A DNA stretch of 39,138 bases. Origin: a virus. Taxonomy: Duplodnaviria > Caudoviricetes. The number at the start of each line of letters is the position of its first letter. The stretch's first letter is position 1. Of this stretch, positions 8,202 to 17,304 are shown one piece after another. The stretch is from positions 1 to 39,138 of the IMG/VR virus record IMGVR_UViG_3300029309_000102. One strand, written 5' to 3'. Below the pieces are notes generated by a model. The model did not search any database. It saw only the letters and a program-made list of their open reading frames with translations, and was not told where the DNA came from. The position numbers and the translations under genes are program-made.

Positions 8202-10576
8202 GTATTCTTGTCCGCAAAAGCGGTTTTCTGTTATTGAAAGGACACGGGGTTTATGCTTATTACGGCGGTCAAGCCCATTTGTTAACAGCGCCTCCACCCG
8301 AGGCCATCAACCCCGACAGTGAGATGGAGGATGTTCCAGCGTTCGCTCACTACGGTAATTTCAATCAACATCCAACAGTCGGCCATCTTACAGTAGGAAA
8401 TCTGATTCCGGGTAAAATTTTACGACGAGGTGGTAAGTACGGGGAGACGGTTTACCGTGATGAGGGTGGTAGAGACCATCACCATGGGATTGATGGTGTT
8501 CTTCATCACATAGGGAAGAGATTGGAAGAAATGGGGGCACTTGGTCTTCGCCATCCTCGTTTGGGTGAACTCACACCGGAGGCTCTCGTTCAACGAGCGA
8601 TTAACGAATACAACCGCACGCACAATGACAAAACAGGTGCGCACAAATTACCCGATGTTAACAGCATAGAGTGGCGTAAATTACACGCTACTCCTTGGAG
8701 TAAAAAAGATGCAGACAGCCCTATTCGTTCTGTGGATGGTATTTTACCTACGCTAAACACAAACATGCGTCCCCATCCACGACTTGGTACTTTCATTGAA
8801 TCCTATTCAATTCCATTTTGGAAAGAGTTGAACGAAATTCTTGTGAATCAACTCAACATGAAAGAATCTCAAAATTTGGAGTGGTTAACGCAACCTCATA
8901 TTTCAATTGATGACTTACACCCAACTGGTCGCCGCCTTAAGGGGCGTGGCGATGGTATGGTTGGCCCCGATGGGCGACTTCCTAAAGCCCACTTGCGAGA
9001 CACACCCGAAGGCATCAGCCATGACCAGTTGCTCGGGCCTATTCATTCGTGGGAAGTGCTGCATCACACTCCTGACATGTTTCACTACAAGTTGAGTCGC
9101 CAGCAGTCAACTCCGTTTAACACCAAGAAAAGCGCAGTAGGGCACATCAAACTCGCTCTTCAACGCTTAGAGCAACAGGGTTTACCTGTTCCTGACACAC
9201 CTGTACCTATCAATGTAGAGGCTACGAGCGGTGGAACGAATTATCAGATGGTCCCACTTAGCACAGCAGTTCGCTCCGACGCTATGCTTGGTAATTTGAT
9301 AGAAGAGTTGAGCACGACCCAATCGTTGAACTTCTTGTTTGGTAGAATCATGTCTCGGGGTAAGCAAAAGGAAGGCCCCGGTGCAAGGATGATGGCTCAT
9401 TTACTTGAGCAGTATGGTGGAGACCCTGATGACCCTGAGAATAAAGGTCGCACCTTTAGCACGCTGGACACGCATGTCACCGGTGCTGCTCACATACCTA
9501 TTGACCGGCAGTACTTTTCGGGTGAAAAGTCACCACGCCACCCTACGAAGGATGGTAGCACACATCACACGGCTGCTAAACTTTATGCCAAGGCTCACCT
9601 TGCTGAGTACGCAGACGCTGATAGCCTACGAGATTATCACCCGGAGGACTTCAAAGTAGCAGAAGATTTGGGTATTGACCGTGAAAGCATAAAAGGTGTT
9701 GACCAACGAAGAGCAGGCGCACAAGCAATCGCTGACATGCTCGCTACAGCGTTTGGCGGAACCGTTCAAAAACCACTGATTGAAGAAGAAGCATTACCTT
9801 CAAACCCTCTTAGCACTGGAATGCTTTTGGGTTATCCCGAAGAGGGATTGGCTCTACCTGAATACCTATCACACATCTCCGCTGTTGCTCTCCCTCCACC
9901 AAAGAGGCAAACGGCTGAGCCTCCTTTGAGAGAGATACCCGCTGCTTCGCCCGCTGATGTCGCCCCAGCGGGACGAGAGGTTCTTCATTCGCCTCCTCCA
10001 GCAGCCGCTGTTCCAGCAGCACCTCGGGCGGCACCTGCTCCACGAGTGGCTGTTCGCCAACCATTCCTTCCCGGCATTGGTACGGCGATGATGCAGCCTC
10101 AAACGCCGGAAGTTGTACAAATGCGCCAAGGCGTAGGCAACCTCCCGCCCGAACAGTTGCGTCAGTTTATTGGCGCTACAACTTATGGTCCGCGACCGGG
10201 CGAAGGCCCCGAGTTGACCGAAGCCGAACAGCGATTTCAACAAACTTTTGGCGACCCACGCCAGCGTCTTCTTACACAGTACATGAAGAGTCAAAGTGAT
10301 GCACTACCCGAGGCTGACCGTTTGATGAAAGCCATGGAGGACATGCAACGAGACGCTGCGAAAACTGACTCAAGCATCATGAAGCATGCCCTGACTCGTC
10401 CTGTGAACATCGCTGATGAAATGGGTGTTCGCCACCTTGCTAAGCAACTCAACCTCACACCTCTTGATGTACGCTCTATCGCTCAGCAGTTGGGCGACTG
10501 GGAACGCATCGCCAAGCGCCTCAATGTAAAAAGCGACATTGTAAAGGTCATTAAAGTCAGCATCGGGGGTGTTTGA
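8198..10576 (+). CDS. large hypothetical protein, P/A-rich linker and C-terminal HTH-like helices
   Basis: 792-aa ORF with ATGA overlap. C-terminal LAKQLNLTPLDV...IAKRLNV resembles tandem HTH motifs. Confidence 0.8.
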   Translation: MSILVRKSGFLLLKGHGVYAYYGGQAHLLTAPPPEAINPDSEMEDVPAFAHYGNFNQHPTVGHLTVGNLIPGKILRRGGKYGETVYRDEGGRDHHHGIDGVLHHIGKRLEEMGALGLRHPRLGELTPEALVQRAINEYNRTHNDKTGAHKLPDVNSIEWRKLHATPWSKKDADSPIRSVDGILPTLNTNMRPHPRLGTFIESYSIPFWKELNEILVNQLNMKESQNLEWLTQPHISIDDLHPTGRRLKGRGDGMVGPDGRLPKAHLRDTPEGISHDQLLGPIHSWEVLHHTPDMFHYKLSRQQSTPFNTKKSAVGHIKLALQRLEQQGLPVPDTPVPINVEATSGGTNYQMVPLSTAVRSDAMLGNLIEELSTTQSLNFLFGRIMSRGKQKEGPGARMMAHLLEQYGGDPDDPENKGRTFSTLDTHVTGAAHIPIDRQYFSGEKSPRHPTKDGSTHHTAAKLYAKAHLAEYADADSLRDYHPEDFKVAEDLGIDRESIKGVDQRRAGAQAIADMLATAFGGTVQKPLIEEEALPSNPLSTGMLLGYPEEGLALPEYLSHISAVALPPPKRQTAEPPLREIPAASPADVAPAGREVLHSPPPAAAVPAAPRAAPAPRVAVRQPFLPGIGTAMMQPQTPEVVQMRQGVGNLPPEQLRQFIGATTYGPRPGEGPELTEAEQRFQQTFGDPRQRLLTQYMKSQSDALPEADRLMKAMEDMQRDAAKTDSSIMKHALTRPVNIADEMGVRHLAKQLNLTPLDVRSIAQQLGDWERIAKRLNVKSDIVKVIKVSIGGV

Positions 10577-11710
10577 TTGAAACCAGTCGGTGTGATTCGT
10601 AAGAACATGGGACCGCTTTCACTTCAAGTTCCCTTGGGTGAGTCGGGTTTCTATTTCAGTCCATTAAGTGGAATGGGAACCGCTGAACCTACTGCTAATC
10701 CCAATGTGCGTTCAGCAAGAGACTTTAGCACTGCTTCAATTAGCGCTGAAAATGCAAGAGAAAAACTGAGGCAAATGGCTGCGGACAGGCAGGCAGCGTT
10801 CAATAGAGACCCTGATTCAAGTTTTGGCGGCGATGCCGCTGAAATAGCAAGACAGCAAGAGGAAAGAGCGCTACAGCGTGTTCTTGAGGCTGGTGAGGCT
10901 CAAAATCAGCAAGAGCGTTACATATCGGAGTCGCTTGATAGACAAGGAATGCGTGGACCCGTTGGTGTGATGGGGCCCATAACAGGAGAGGCTGATAGGG
11001 CGGCTGCTCTTGCTGAAAGAGCGGGTAGATTTGGGATGGCTGGTAGGCTTGCTGGCACTGGAGTTGCTGGTGCTTTGGGAGGTCTTACTGGTTTGATAGC
11101 GCTACAAAACGCTGGTGCTCAAGGTCAAGACGCCATCAGTGGACTCGGCTCGGCTGGATTGAGAGGAATGGGTACTTTCAGCACTGCTAACCCCGCACTT
11201 GAAAGAGCAGGTGGCTACATAGGCTCACGAATAGGTGACTCCGGTATTGGTATGACAGGAGAGGCGTTTAGAGCAGGCCCAGCGAGTCAAATGGCTGGTA
11301 GGGCCAGTGGAGCAAGTCAAATGGCTGGGCGTGGAGGGCGAGTGGGTGTTGTTACCGTTCCCAAATTACATAGAACTCCCGGTGTTGCTGATAGCATAGC
11401 GCCTCCAGCGCCTACTCCTCCTACCGTTGCTGAACCTACTTCCACCAATGATGATGGTGGAATGAGTGAAAAGGTTGCTGGTTATGTTGGCGTTGCTACT
11501 AAAAATCCCGTTAAAGAAACAGAAAAAGCAACAAACGCTACCGATACCATGGGCATAAATCAATCAATGGTTTCACCGGAGAAGAAGTACGCATCTGATA
11601 AAGACATGGAACGATTCATCACCATGGCTGGACCGACTGGTGAAAAGATGCCGAGAGGGACTGGGCGCGATGGCAGTATCACGGCGAGGGACTTGCAGGA
11701 AGCGGAGTGA
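10577..11710 (+). CDS. Gly/Ala-rich protein with glycine-zipper hydrophobic segment (possible ejection/membrane-interacting protein)
   Basis: 377 aa, TTG start after GGGGGTG. Segment GMAGRLAGTGVAGALGGLTGLIAL; ASQMAGR occurs twice (DNA repeat 11281-11298 and 11311-11328). Confidence 0.72.
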   Translation: MKPVGVIRKNMGPLSLQVPLGESGFYFSPLSGMGTAEPTANPNVRSARDFSTASISAENAREKLRQMAADRQAAFNRDPDSSFGGDAAEIARQQEERALQRVLEAGEAQNQQERYISESLDRQGMRGPVGVMGPITGEADRAAALAERAGRFGMAGRLAGTGVAGALGGLTGLIALQNAGAQGQDAISGLGSAGLRGMGTFSTANPALERAGGYIGSRIGDSGIGMTGEAFRAGPASQMAGRASGASQMAGRGGRVGVVTVPKLHRTPGVADSIAPPAPTPPTVAEPTSTNDDGGMSEKVAGYVGVATKNPVKETEKATNATDTMGINQSMVSPEKKYASDKDMERFITMAGPTGEKMPRGTGRDGSITARDLQEAE

Positions 11711-11716
11711 TGAAAA

Positions 11717-13201
11717 ATGGACAAAAAATCTGCTGAGATGGCTGAACTGGTCATTGAGATGGATAAGAAAATGTCCGCTCGCTCGTTCAAGTACTTCTTT
11801 GAAACCGTGCTTGGCTTTGACTATGCTGACCACCACGGGCTGTGGGACAAGGGTTTGAGCGAGAACCGCTATTACTGCGTCAAAGCATCTCGTGACCACG
11901 GCAAATCTGTGTTCTTCATGTCTTACGCCTTGTGGATAGCGGCGTTTAATCCCGGTACACACATCATGATTTTCTCACACTCGTTGGAGCAGACCCTTGA
12001 GCACATGCGTTTCATTCGTGGCAACATTGACGCTGCACCTTGTCTCAAGGAGTTGAAGCCCGGTGGCATTCCTTGGCGAAAAACCTACTTTGAGTTCACC
12101 AACGGTAGCCGTATTATGGCTAAGTCGGTTGGTGGTGGTACTCGTGGTTTCCACCCGGATGTTGTGTTGTGTGACGACATCCTGTGGGGTACGACTGGCA
12201 GTGAGTTGCAGCGAGCAGCCGATTGGTTCTACGGTGTTCTTCTTCCTGTTCTTCACCACACGGGTCGCCTCATGATGGTCGGTACGCCGTTTTCGTACAA
12301 TGACTTGTACGCTCAACTTGAGCAGACTGAAACATTCCAAGTAGAAACATACCCGGCAATCAACCGTGAGGGCGAAGCGCTGTGGCCTCAGCGCTGGAAC
12401 CTTGAAGCGCTTGACCAGCGGCGTATGTCCATGCCTGCTATTCAGTTCACTCGTGAGTACCTGTGTGAACCGATTCACGATGTTGCGAGTATGTTTCCAA
12501 TGGCGCTGCTTGAAAAAGCCCGTGACCACGAACTTAAACTGTTGGACTACGCTGAGTACGAGTACGATGAAGAAGGCGAAAAAGCCGGTGTGTTTGGACA
12601 GCACTTCATCGGTTGGGACACAGCAATTGCTTCGGACAAGAACGCTGACTACACAGCCATGACGGTACTGCGTACGCTGCCTGATGAGGATGTGAAGCAA
12701 ATCGTAGGTATTGTACACGAGCAAGGCATGGGTTCAGCAGCGCAGAAGCGGCAAATCATCATCCTCAACAACCGATTCCAACCCGACCTCATAGAGTTGG
12801 AGGGCAACAACTTCCAGCGAATGTTTGCTATGGAACTGAAAGACATCCGCCAAGACATCCCCATCCGTACATTCATGACGACAAAGACCCGTAAGGAGAG
12901 TCTGTTTATGTCCCTCTTGATGGCGTTTGAACAGGGTCAAATCAAAACACCCTACGGTGATGAACGCTCCAAGCGCTTTACACACAAGTTAGAGGAAGAA
13001 CTCACTCGCTTCGGCATGCAAAAGAACGGGCGCTTGGAAAGCGTCGGTGTTCATGACGACTTGGCGATGTCGCTTGCTTTGGCAAACTGGGGAACCAAAG
13101 AGTTCCGAGGTAGCGTTGTCATGCTTGACGACTACATGCCGGGCTTTGACGACTGGCTGACAGGGAAACCAAGAAACAAGAATAGGTGGATTGTACCATG
13201 A
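11717..13201 (+). CDS. terL: terminase large subunit
   Basis: Walker A ASRDHGKS, RGFHPD followed by Walker B VVLCDD, coupling motif VGTP, RNase H-like nuclease motifs IGWDTA...DYTA and HDDLAMSLALA. Confidence 0.96.
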   Translation: MDKKSAEMAELVIEMDKKMSARSFKYFFETVLGFDYADHHGLWDKGLSENRYYCVKASRDHGKSVFFMSYALWIAAFNPGTHIMIFSHSLEQTLEHMRFIRGNIDAAPCLKELKPGGIPWRKTYFEFTNGSRIMAKSVGGGTRGFHPDVVLCDDILWGTTGSELQRAADWFYGVLLPVLHHTGRLMMVGTPFSYNDLYAQLEQTETFQVETYPAINREGEALWPQRWNLEALDQRRMSMPAIQFTREYLCEPIHDVASMFPMALLEKARDHELKLLDYAEYEYDEEGEKAGVFGQHFIGWDTAIASDKNADYTAMTVLRTLPDEDVKQIVGIVHEQGMGSAAQKRQIIILNNRFQPDLIELEGNNFQRMFAMELKDIRQDIPIRTFMTTKTRKESLFMSLLMAFEQGQIKTPYGDERSKRFTHKLEEELTRFGMQKNGRLESVGVHDDLAMSLALANWGTKEFRGSVVMLDDYMPGFDDWLTGKPRNKNRWIVP

Positions 13202-14112
13202 AGGAACAGAAAGTAGGAAAGAAACCACACGGAATGGTGTTGGTCATTTCAGTAGGCAAACCGGGTGGAAAGAAGCCTGAGCGAGAGGCCGACCCGGACA
13301 CCAAAAAGAAAGCCAGTGAAAAGCAACTGCTTAATGAAGCGGCAACGCTTCGTGAAATGGGTGATAAAAGAACAGCCCGTCGTTTTTCTGATGTTGCTGG
13401 TCTTATGTCGCGTGGCCCAGCGCTTCGTGAATCAAGTATTCAACGGCTTGGTACAAAGGCCGCTCAAGCACTTGACCCCGACGAAGAAGGTCAAGATGAC
13501 TATGCTCGCCTTTTGTTTAATGAAAGTACGCGCGGTGCTGACTATCAAGACATGAAACTCAATCCAAAATTTTACCCTCCCGAAATGCGCCGTGAAGTTA
13601 TGAAACTCATTTCTCAAATGGCACGGCAAGGCACTCAAGCGGACACCATGGATGAAAAAGCACGCTTGGCTTTGGATGAATTGCGTGAAGAAGACCCCAC
13701 TCAATTTTTTGCTGACCAAGACTTCGTACAGCGCTCTTATGAAAATTTGGAAGCCTTGGATGCGATGATGAAAGGTGAGCCTGTGAACTTTTGTACTTGT
13801 TGTTCACCTACTGACATCGCTTGGGCTGTCGCCAAGGCAAAGAAAAAATCCAAGCCGTTCCACGGCTACAACCCAAAGCGCCATCACAAGAAAGGTGGAT
13901 TGAATGCAGCGGGTCGTGCTAAGTTCAAGCGTGAGACTGGAGCAAATCTCAAGCCCCCTGTCACCAAAAAACCGAGTAAATTGAAACCCGGTAGTAAGTC
14001 CGCTAAGCGTCGGAAATCGTTTTGTGCTCGCATGGGAGGAATGAAAGGTCCGACCAGCAAGAAGGGTAAGTTGACGCCCAAAGGTGCAGCATTGAAGAGG
14101 TGGAATTGTTGA
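13198..14112 (+). CDS. protein with C-terminal basic phage domain (DUF6321-like, RRKSFCARM)
   Basis: ATG 13198 overlaps the terL stop (ATGA) with SD AGGTGGA. GGLNAAGRAK...KRRKSFCARMGG...ALKRWNC is preceded by the tag SPTDIAWAVAKA. Confidence 0.75.
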   Translation: MKEQKVGKKPHGMVLVISVGKPGGKKPEREADPDTKKKASEKQLLNEAATLREMGDKRTARRFSDVAGLMSRGPALRESSIQRLGTKAAQALDPDEEGQDDYARLLFNESTRGADYQDMKLNPKFYPPEMRREVMKLISQMARQGTQADTMDEKARLALDELREEDPTQFFADQDFVQRSYENLEALDAMMKGEPVNFCTCCSPTDIAWAVAKAKKKSKPFHGYNPKRHHKKGGLNAAGRAKFKRETGANLKPPVTKKPSKLKPGSKSAKRRKSFCARMGGMKGPTSKKGKLTPKGAALKRWNC

Positions 14113-14282
14113 ATAGTCCGTTTGAAATTTGTTTTGATGAATTGAAAAAGAAGTTGTGTCCCGAAGGGAAAGCAGCAGCGAAAAGAAAATTTAAGGTGTA
14201 CCCTTCAGCGTACGCCAACGGTTGGGCAGTGCAGTATTGTCGTGGCAAATTCCGTAAGAAAAAAGGAGGTAAGAAAAAATGA
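14109..14282 (+). CDS. small basic protein with VYPSAYAN motif (N-terminal half of a DUF5872-like family)
   Basis: TTG 14109 overlaps the previous stop, with SD GAGGTGG. Contains KRKFKVYPSAYANGWAVQYC. Confidence 0.7.
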   Translation: MNSPFEICFDELKKKLCPEGKAAAKRKFKVYPSAYANGWAVQYCRGKFRKKKGGKKK

Positions 14283-14455
14283 AATTGAAACGCGATTCTT
14301 GTTGTTGCGGGGGCAGCAAAAAAACACCGTGCGTGTGTATGCTTAAAGGCGTCATGCAGTGTTCAGCAACAGCCCCTAAATGCCCTTGCTATGCTCTACT
14401 TGACAAACAAAAAGAGAAGGCGAAAAAGGTAAGTAAAATGGTAGGCGTGTATTGA
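14279..14455 (+). CDS. 58-aa Cys-rich mini-protein (not in the ORF track)
   Basis: MKLKRDSCCCGGSKKTPCVCMLKGVMQCSATAPKCPCYALLDKQKEKAKKVSKMVGVY. SD GGAGGT upstream; ATGA overlap at the start and TGATG at the end exactly fill the gap. Confidence 0.75.
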   Translation: MKLKRDSCCCGGSKKTPCVCMLKGVMQCSATAPKCPCYALLDKQKEKAKKVSKMVGVY

Positions 14456-15732
14456 TGCTCTCACCTTTGGATGTCGCTTGGCTTGTGATAAAAGAGGAGC
14501 CTGTGACCCCAGTGAACCCAGCAGTGAACGCAGGTATGATGCGATATGTTTACGAACACCCAAACGACCCCACTCAATACTTGAAAATTCCAAGGTCCAC
14601 TGCAAATCCCTACTTTAAAGAAATCGCCTCAAATGCTGCGTTGAGTCAAATGGGTGAACAGGTGGAACCTGAACGCCCAGTTCTCACTAACACTGGCCTG
14701 CATGGGAGGACTGGTTCAATTGAGCAAGTAATTAAACCTGCAACTACACAAAGAATAGTACCGGGTGGCCCTGTTCAAGAGAGCGTAAAACGCACCTTTT
14801 CCATAGCCTTACCGCCGCCGCACGGCGGTGAGCCGCGTACAGAAGACGAAAAAGAGGCTTCAAGAAGGCGTCAACTCATACTGGATGCTCAGACTTCTGC
14901 TTTCGGTGAAGACACATTCCTCGGAAACATGATTCGTGACCTTCACACGAAGAACATAGGTTTTGACATGCCTCCCTCTTTGCTTGAAGAAAAAATAAGT
15001 GATAAGACTACTGACCCGAAAGAATTGGGTCAACACTTGATGGCTTTTGACCCTATGGCTCAGCATTTAACCGATAAAGAAGTTGACAAATTGGTATCTG
15101 AATTGTTGGAAGTTTATGACAAATATCCTGAAAAATTGGAGAGGTATGCTGAACTGATGCAAGATAGGTCTCAGTTTGACCCCCTTATGGACGCTCTTTA
15201 CCATCAACCTAACCCGCTACCAGCCTCACTACGAGGGCGGGAGGGAGCAGTCCGGGCGAGGAATGAAGCAGGCGTTAGACGAGATGTTGGGAGAGATTAT
15301 AATGATTACATAAAGGAGTTGAACAATTTGAAAAGGGCTATGCAATTTATCAAAGACCCTCAACAAACAACGCTCAATGAATTTTTTAAACCAATCCCTC
15401 GCGACCATCCTGACAGGCGCCGGTTTGGCGATGTCAAATTTGATGCTCAAGTAGATACAGATACAATCATTAGAGAAGCCGTAAGAAGAAGTAGGGCAAA
15501 GCAAGCAGAAGCAGCGTTAGATGGACTGAGAGAAGATGAAAAAAATACAAGCCGTTCCACGGCTCTTAGAGCGTTTTACAGTGACATAATGAATGACATG
15601 TACAGACAGGGCTATGATGCTGAAAATGCCATCCTTCGTAATGACATGGGTGCTAACATACCATTTATTCGTAATCTTCTTGGTAGGGAACAAGAGCGGC
15701 AGGTTTTGGATGCTATGAGGAGTGGTGTTTGA
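14455..15732 (+). CDS. protein kinase-like fold protein (YrbL/atypical kinase-like) with N-terminal tag
   Basis: N-lobe AGMMRYVYEHPNDPTQYLKIP, helix-C Glu in FKEI, catalytic-loop-like RDLHTKNIG, metal-binding-like MAFDP. Starts MLSPLDVAWLVIKE. Confidence 0.6.
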   Translation: MLSPLDVAWLVIKEEPVTPVNPAVNAGMMRYVYEHPNDPTQYLKIPRSTANPYFKEIASNAALSQMGEQVEPERPVLTNTGLHGRTGSIEQVIKPATTQRIVPGGPVQESVKRTFSIALPPPHGGEPRTEDEKEASRRRQLILDAQTSAFGEDTFLGNMIRDLHTKNIGFDMPPSLLEEKISDKTTDPKELGQHLMAFDPMAQHLTDKEVDKLVSELLEVYDKYPEKLERYAELMQDRSQFDPLMDALYHQPNPLPASLRGREGAVRARNEAGVRRDVGRDYNDYIKELNNLKRAMQFIKDPQQTTLNEFFKPIPRDHPDRRRFGDVKFDAQVDTDTIIREAVRRSRAKQAEAALDGLREDEKNTSRSTALRAFYSDIMNDMYRQGYDAENAILRNDMGANIPFIRNLLGREQERQVLDAMRSGV

Positions 15733-16049
15733 TTGTGACGAATCGTTGCACCTGTCATGATGTGCTTATTGTAAAGAACTTGAACCGTTGGTTCAAGGAA
15801 AAATGGGTGGATGTGTCTCGTAAAGACAAAGATGGTAAACACCCACCGTGCGGTCGCTCCAAGGCAAAGAAGGGAAGCAAGGGCTATCCCAAGTGTCGCC
15901 CCAGTGTCAAGGTTAGCGACAAGACGCCAAAGACCAGCGGCTCTATGAGTGAAGGACAAAAGCGTGCGGCAACCAAACGCAAACGAGCCAAGAAGCAAGG
16001 TGTGGGTGGTAAACCCACAATTGTCAAAGGTTGGGTCGGTGTTAAGTAG
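15729..16049 (+). CDS. basic protein with WFKEKWVD...CGR...YPKCRP motif (DUF5872-like C-terminal half)
   Basis: LNRWFKEKWVDV...PCGRS...GYPKCRPSVKVSDKTPKT, a motif widespread in marine phages and large DNA viruses. Confidence 0.75.
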   Translation: MIVTNRCTCHDVLIVKNLNRWFKEKWVDVSRKDKDGKHPPCGRSKAKKGSKGYPKCRPSVKVSDKTPKTSGSMSEGQKRAATKRKRAKKQGVGGKPTIVKGWVGVK

Positions 16050-16071
16050 AGGTATCAATTGAGGTCAAATT

Positions 16072-17304
16072 ATGTGGGGCTCGGCGTTGATTGAAGACGA
16101 CTTCGGAGCGCTCCCGCTCCGTGAAATAGAGCAAGAGGTCGCTCTCTCACAATTTCAAAAATCCTACGACTTTCCACTCAACGGTGATGGTTGGTTTGAA
16201 ACTAAAATGGGTTGCAGCGCTGATGCTTTCGTGAAGCGTTTGCGGAAAGCCCGTAGGCATAACAAAGACCAAACTGGCGAAATTGACGGCTTCATTGATG
16301 ACATCCGCACCATGAAATCGCTTGAAACTGAAATGACCCTGCGCAATCTCTCGTGGGCCGACGGCTTTCAAAAAGCCATCAAAGCGCTCGGTTTGTCAGA
16401 CCGCTCGCTCAAACACTTACGCAAATTTGGAGAAGCCCGAGCAGTGTCGCTTCAAAAAGCCTGTATGATGTGGGAAGAAGCCGAAGCGGCGCTAAAAATG
16501 TTGGACGAATATGCTGATGTTTGGGGTGAAGAGGAGCAACAAGCGTGGGCTACAGCCATGAGCACTCGTTCGGATGCTCGTAAAATGTGGCGAACTGCTT
16601 TGTTCCAAGCGGATAAATTGACCAAGCATGAGCGTTCTTACCTTGAGTTCGCTGCCAAAGAGTTGTTCGCTAAAGGTCCGATGTCTTCAGGCGCTATCGG
16701 TGATAACATGAAAGAAGAGGGTATGCTTCACAAATCATTTACCAGTCGTAAATTCACAACGCTACTCAACATGTACGGTGAAGAATATGACATCATCAAG
16801 GGTGCTGATAGAGCCACCTATGTCCGACTCACCAATGAAGGTCTTGTCGTCAAGGACGCTTGGGCGTATGGCGCTGGCTTTCTTGACGCTGACGGCTACA
16901 TCACCATCACTGAGCGTGGTGAACCCCGTGCGGGTATGATTGCTACGGGAGACCGTGGGCGTGTACACTGTGAGGATTTGTACAAAACGCTGGACTGCGG
17001 TGTGCTTCAACTTGATAACAAAGTGTACAAGAACTCTCAGCGAAGTCAACACCGACTTCAATTTTATTCCAAAGCCGACTTGCGTAAATTTCTCAAGGGT
17101 ATTCAACCACACTTGAAGATGAAATCGCTCCAAGCAAAAGCAGTGTTGGCTTTTATTGATGAAAAAGACCCAGTGCGTAAAGAGGAGTTGAAGCGTCTCG
17201 TACGCTACAAAAATTGGGAAGATGACTCCAAGAAATCTGCCGAACTCCTTAACACATGGGGCGTTGACGCAGATACCATAGGCAAGTATGAGGAGGGATT
17301 GTAA
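16072..17304 (+). CDS. protein with C-terminal single-motif LAGLIDADG endonuclease-like domain
   Basis: YGAGFLDADGYI motif, with downstream F...IQPHLKMK..QA typical of LAGLIDADG domains, after a ~260-aa helical N-terminal extension. Confidence 0.8.
   Translation: MWGSALIEDDFGALPLREIEQEVALSQFQKSYDFPLNGDGWFETKMGCSADAFVKRLRKARRHNKDQTGEIDGFIDDIRTMKSLETEMTLRNLSWADGFQKAIKALGLSDRSLKHLRKFGEARAVSLQKACMMWEEAEAALKMLDEYADVWGEEEQQAWATAMSTRSDARKMWRTALFQADKLTKHERSYLEFAAKELFAKGPMSSGAIGDNMKEEGMLHKSFTSRKFTTLLNMYGEEYDIIKGADRATYVRLTNEGLVVKDAWAYGAGFLDADGYITITERGEPRAGMIATGDRGRVHCEDLYKTLDCGVLQLDNKVYKNSQRSQHRLQFYSKADLRKFLKGIQPHLKMKSLQAKAVLAFIDEKDPVRKEELKRLVRYKNWEDDSKKSAELLNTWGVDADTIGKYEEGL

Noticed and set aside
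16072-17304. Intein or group I intron around the LAGLIDADG domain
   Set aside because: There are no intein N-terminal C/S or C-terminal HN motifs at suitable boundaries, and the flanking genes are intact.
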